DNA of 64,000 nt from Phycisphaerae bacterium (GTDB taxonomy: Bacteria > Planctomycetota > Phycisphaerae > UBA1845): contig JAGVHG010000040.1 in assembly GCA_020056715.1 (NCBI GenBank), positions 75,920 to 139,919 on the forward strand, written 5' to 3'. The position numbers and the translations under genes were made by a program. The notes below the pieces were generated by a model. That model did not search any database. It was not told where the DNA came from and was given only the letters and a program-made list of their open reading frames with translations. Within the stretch, counting starts at the first letter, position 1. Every line of letters begins with the position of its first letter. Of the stretch, positions 60,988 through 64,000 are shown piece by piece.

Positions 60988-61203
60988 TCAGGCATGTTCT
61001 TCTTTCCACTCTTCGAGCCAGGCCATCTGGATCGCCTCAAGTTTGCCCTCGGTGGAGGTCTTGGGGTCGTCGGTGAAGTTCTCCAATTCGCAAACCCATT
61101 CGTGTAGTTGGGTGAAGCGTACCGTGAGCGGGTCGAGATCAGGGAAACGCTCATAGAGCAGAATGCCGATGTCCTCGGCGTCATTCCACGTCAATTCGGT
61201 CAT
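60988..61203 (-). CDS. iscX: Fe-S cluster assembly protein IscX
   Basis: MTELTWNDAEDIGILLYERFPDLDPLTVRFTQLHEWVCELENFTDDP matches the IscX/YfhJ pattern. ATG 61203 is preferred. Confidence 0.8.
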   Translation of the reverse strand: MTELTWNDAEDIGILLYERFPDLDPLTVRFTQLHEWVCELENFTDDPKTSTEGKLEAIQMAWLEEWKEEHA

Positions 61204-61222
61204 GGCAACTCCGATGCTTATG

Positions 61223-61336
61223 AATGAAGAATGCTGAATTCGGAATGCGGAATGGTTGTCACCCATTCGCGGCTCAGCCCTGCCCTGAGCCGCGAAGGGA
61301 TGACACCGTGCATTCCGCATTCACAATTCCGCATTG
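61223..61336. repeat. inverted heptamer arrays (AATGAAG AATGCTG AATTCGG AATGCGG AATGGTT ... CCGCATT CACAATT CCGCATT) around an 11-bp GC hairpin
   Basis: The central hairpin TCGCGGCTCAG-CCCTGCC-CTGAGCCGCGA (about 61268-61296) is flanked by period-7 arrays in opposite orientation. The element fills the fdx-iscX gap. Confidence 0.7.
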
Positions 61337-61345
61337 ATACGGCCC

Positions 61346-61753
61346 TTAATGCCCTTCTTGCACGAGATTGCGGTTCCATTCGGGGATCTCGACGACCACG
61401 TGGGCGGTGCCGTCGGGGACGCATTGGCAGGCGAGGCGACTGCTGGGTTTGATGGCCGGGGCGTTTTCGAGTTGGTCCTCTTCTTCTTCAATGGCCTCGT
61501 TGATGGTTTTCAGGCCTTCCTTGACATAGACATGGCACGTCGAGCACGCACATACCCCGCCGCAAGCGTGGTCGATCGCGATGCCGTTGCCCAGGGCGAT
61601 GTCCAGAATGCTTCCCGGCAACCCGTTGTGCTCGTAGGGGAACTTTTCCGGATCGACCTCGATGGTGATGTTCATCGGCAAGTACGTGATCTTGTATTTG
61701 GTCGTCGGCACGGCTACTTCGGGCTGTTGGATGTAGGGATTGACGCCGCCCAT
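61346..61753 (-). CDS. fdx: [2Fe-2S] ferredoxin (ISC-type, adrenodoxin-like)
   Basis: Cys ligands in ACGGVCACSTCHV and RLACQ. ATG at 61753 lies 1 nt after the hscA stop. The ORF-track GTG at 61864 would overlap hscA by about 110 nt. Confidence 0.85.
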   Translation of the reverse strand: MGGVNPYIQQPEVAVPTTKYKITYLPMNITIEVDPEKFPYEHNGLPGSILDIALGNGIAIDHACGGVCACSTCHVYVKEGLKTINEAIEEEEDQLENAPAIKPSSRLACQCVPDGTAHVVVEIPEWNRNLVQEGH

Positions 61754-61754
61754 G

Positions 61755-63686
61755 CTAGGTCTCCACACTTCGTAGGGTGGGTTGTCCGAACCCACCACGG
61801 TTGTTTTCGCGGGTCTCTTGACCAATCTTGCACGCTGGCTCTTGTCCTGCGGCCCCGTCATCACTACTCAGAGACGCCGTGATGGCCAGTTCGGCCAGGG
61901 GGATGGTCATGCGGTTGAACGCTTCACGGCGTTCGTTGAGGACGTGCGGATCAGTGCATTGTTTCGCAAGTTCGAGCAAACCCCGGATTTCGGCGACCAG
62001 AGCATCTCGCCCCGACACGTCGAGTAGTTGCCCATAACGCTCAACCATCTGCTCGGCCTTGTGGAGGTCGAACTCCAGCGTCGTGCGGACGTCGATCAAG
62101 TGATGGGCGGCCATGTCCTCGCGGGCGTGCTGAAGCGCTTCGGCTTGCATTCGTTTGACTTCGTCGCGGGTCAGGCCGTGGGAAGGGATGATTTGCACGC
62201 TCGCCGTCTGCGCGCTGCGACGCTCGGTGGCGGAGACGTTGAGGATTCCGTTTTGATCGATCAGAAACGTCACGTCGATCTTGGGAATCCCCGCGGGCAT
62301 CGGCGGAACGCCCTGCAACTCGAAGACGCCCAGCGATCGGCAATCCTTGACCAGTTCTCGTTCGCCTTGCAGGACGTTGATCTTCACGTTCGTCTGGCCG
62401 TCCTTAAAGGTGGTGAATGTTTCGGACGCACGGCACGGAACACGGGTGTTCGCGGGGATCAGTTTTCCCATCGCTCCGCCGAGGGTCTCGATCCCCAGTG
62501 ACAGAGGGGTGACATCTAACAGCAGAATGTCGCGCTGAACGCCGGCGAGAAGAGAGGCCTGGACCCCGGCGCCGAGGGCCACGACCTGTTCGGGATTGAG
62601 GGCCGTGTACGGTTGCCGCTGGAACACCTCCGCGACGCGTCGGCGGACAAAGGGCACTCGCGTCGAACCGCCGACCAAGACGACCTGTTGGATATTTTCG
62701 GGAGTCAGCTTGGCGGTTTTCATGGCCCGCGAGCAGGCCTCGATTGTCCGGTCGACGAGCGGTGCGATCATGGTTTCGAACTCGCCCCGCGTGACCGAGC
62801 GGCGATAGACCCGGCCTGCGCCGATGGCGATCTCCACGGGGGCTGAATCGCGGTCACTCAGGCGAATCTTGATATTTTCCGAGAGCGTCCGAAGCTGTTG
62901 CTTGATAGACGGCGTAGTGATGTCGATGCCGAACTGTTCGCGGATTTCACGAGTGAAAAGGTCGATCAGTGTGTGATCGAAGTCATCCCCGCCCAGGTGC
63001 GTGTCGCCGTTGGTGGCGAGAACCTCGAACACACCGTCCTCCAGGCGGAGGATGGAGATATCGAACGTGCCGCCGCCGAGATCGTAGACCGCGATGGTTG
63101 CGTGCTCGGTACGATCGAGTCCGTAGGCGAGGGCGGCGGCCGTCGGTTCGTTGATGATGCGCACCACGTCCAACCCTGCGATCTGGCCCGCGTCGCGCGT
63201 CGCCTGACGTTGGGCGTCGTCGAATTGCGCGGGGACGGTGATGACCGCCTTGGTCACAGGGCATCCGAAATGGCGCTCCGCGCGCATCTTGAGTTCGCGC
63301 AGGATCATGGCGCTGATTTCCGGCGGGGTGTAGCACTTATCGCCGATCATCACGGTCGCCACGTCGCGCCCGTCCTCTTGGCTGCGGCGCTCAATAGAAT
63401 AAGGCAGGCGGCTAAGGTCGTCGGTTAAGTCCGCAACGCCCATGCCCATCAATCGCTTAATCGAGTAGACGGTGGTCGCGGGTCGCTCTACGGCGTGGGC
63501 GCGAGCTTCGCTGCCGATTTGCGCAACCCGCCCGGCGTCGTCAAAAGCAACTACCGACGGAAGCAATACGTCGTCTTCCCCGGCGGGCCCGGCAATCAGA
63601 TGCGGCCCGGCCTCGTCGGCGTACGCGACCAACGAGTTCGTCGTGCCCAAGTCGATGCCGATGATGATGTCGTGGTCGTCAGTCAT
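61755..63686 (-). CDS. hscA: Fe-S cluster assembly chaperone HscA (Hsp70 family)
   Basis: [36 protein letters not shown] 63686 is preferred. Confidence 0.9.
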   Translation of the reverse strand: MTDDHDIIIGIDLGTTNSLVAYADEAGPHLIAGPAGEDDVLLPSVVAFDDAGRVAQIGSEARAHAVERPATTVYSIKRLMGMGVADLTDDLSRLPYSIERRSQEDGRDVATVMIGDKCYTPPEISAMILRELKMRAERHFGCPVTKAVITVPAQFDDAQRQATRDAGQIAGLDVVRIINEPTAAALAYGLDRTEHATIAVYDLGGGTFDISILRLEDGVFEVLATNGDTHLGGDDFDHTLIDLFTREIREQFGIDITTPSIKQQLRTLSENIKIRLSDRDSAPVEIAIGAGRVYRRSVTRGEFETMIAPLVDRTIEACSRAMKTAKLTPENIQQVVLVGGSTRVPFVRRRVAEVFQRQPYTALNPEQVVALGAGVQASLLAGVQRDILLLDVTPLSLGIETLGGAMGKLIPANTRVPCRASETFTTFKDGQTNVKINVLQGERELVKDCRSLGVFELQGVPPMPAGIPKIDVTFLIDQNGILNVSATERRSAQTASVQIIPSHGLTRDEVKRMQAEALQHAREDMAAHHLIDVRTTLEFDLHKAEQMVERYGQLLDVSGRDALVAEIRGLLELAKQCTDPHVLNERREAFNRMTIPLAELAITASLSSDDGAAGQEPACKIGQETRENNRGGFGQPTLRSVET

Positions 63687-64000
63687 TGGTGGTTCTCGCC
63701 GATGCCGCAAACGGATCGACGGCAAGCTCCGCCAGCAGATTGTCGTAGTACTTCATCGAGTTCAACAACTTACGCAGCACTCTGCGTCTCGGCTCGTCGA
63801 GATCGGCGGCTGATTCCGCGAGGACGGCGATCTGCCGCAGTGTATCTTGTCGTCGGGCGGCGATGGACTCACTATGGCGCCGCAGTGCGTCGTCGTCGCC
63901 GGTGGTCCTGGCCTGGTCAATCTCCTCCCGGAGCATCATCACGTCGGCAAGGAAATCACCCGGCACCTCGCGCATCTCGGCCGCGCTCGGTCCGCCCGCA
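63679..64000 (-). CDS. hscB: co-chaperone HscB, C-terminal fragment (5' end right of window)
   Basis: The frame is open to the window edge. Helical C-terminal domain (..[16 protein letters not shown]..). Its stop overlaps the hscA start (ATGACTGA). Position upstream of hscA-fdx-iscX supports the call. Confidence 0.55.
   Translation of the reverse strand, partial: AGGPSAAEMREVPGDFLADVMMLREEIDQARTTGDDDALRRHSESIAARRQDTLRQIAVLAESAADLDEPRRRVLRKLLNSMKYYDNLLAELAVDPFAASARTTND

Noticed and set aside
1-64000. tRNA, rRNA, IS element or prophage content
   Set aside because: Reading the intergenic regions showed no cloverleaf-like sequences, transposase or integrase ORFs, or phage gene blocks. A tRNAscan/Infernal run would be the decisive check.

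Overview
High-GC bacterial chromosomal segment. Gene content and protein architectures suggest Planctomycetota, but that is inference only. Most of the window is housekeeping: ferritin, threonine aldolase, an ABC-F ATPase, an LPS-type kinase/GT4/MsbA-like trio, a pdaD/deoxyhypusine-synthase-like/speB polyamine operon, acyl-CoA dehydrogenase, asnA, an sdhCAB operon, folE, nrdJ, rpsP-trmD-rplS-yraN, tatD, cmk and the tail of an ISC operon (hscB-hscA-fdx-iscX). I saw no rRNA, tRNA, CRISPR array, IS element or prophage. The standout is a tightly coupled plus-strand operon of about 22.8 kb (38177-60930): gspF, gspG, three minor pseudopilins, a GspK with a Pro/Gly-rich insertion, a PilM-PilN fusion and a PilO-Ig-PilP/GspC-like fusion. 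These are followed by a 2,696-aa secreted protein with an N0-like domain and about 25 tandem secretin-N modules but no beta-barrel. Next comes a 1,518-aa true secretin with 12 further N modules, then a translationally coupled lipoprotein. The giant protein ends in half an N module and the secretin starts with the complementary half, which suggests a split, hyper-extended secretin conduit. No ATPase or prepilin peptidase lies in the operon. A second, partial PilN/O/P-like plus pilin cluster sits at the left edge. Intergenic DNA carries unusual short-period repeats: inverted heptamer or octamer arrays around central spacers or hairpins, and a two-hairpin element present twice with compensatory stem changes. 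A family of three ~85-aa paralogous proteins is also present, one of them inside the sdh operon. All coordinates taken from hand reading may be off by 1-2 nt.
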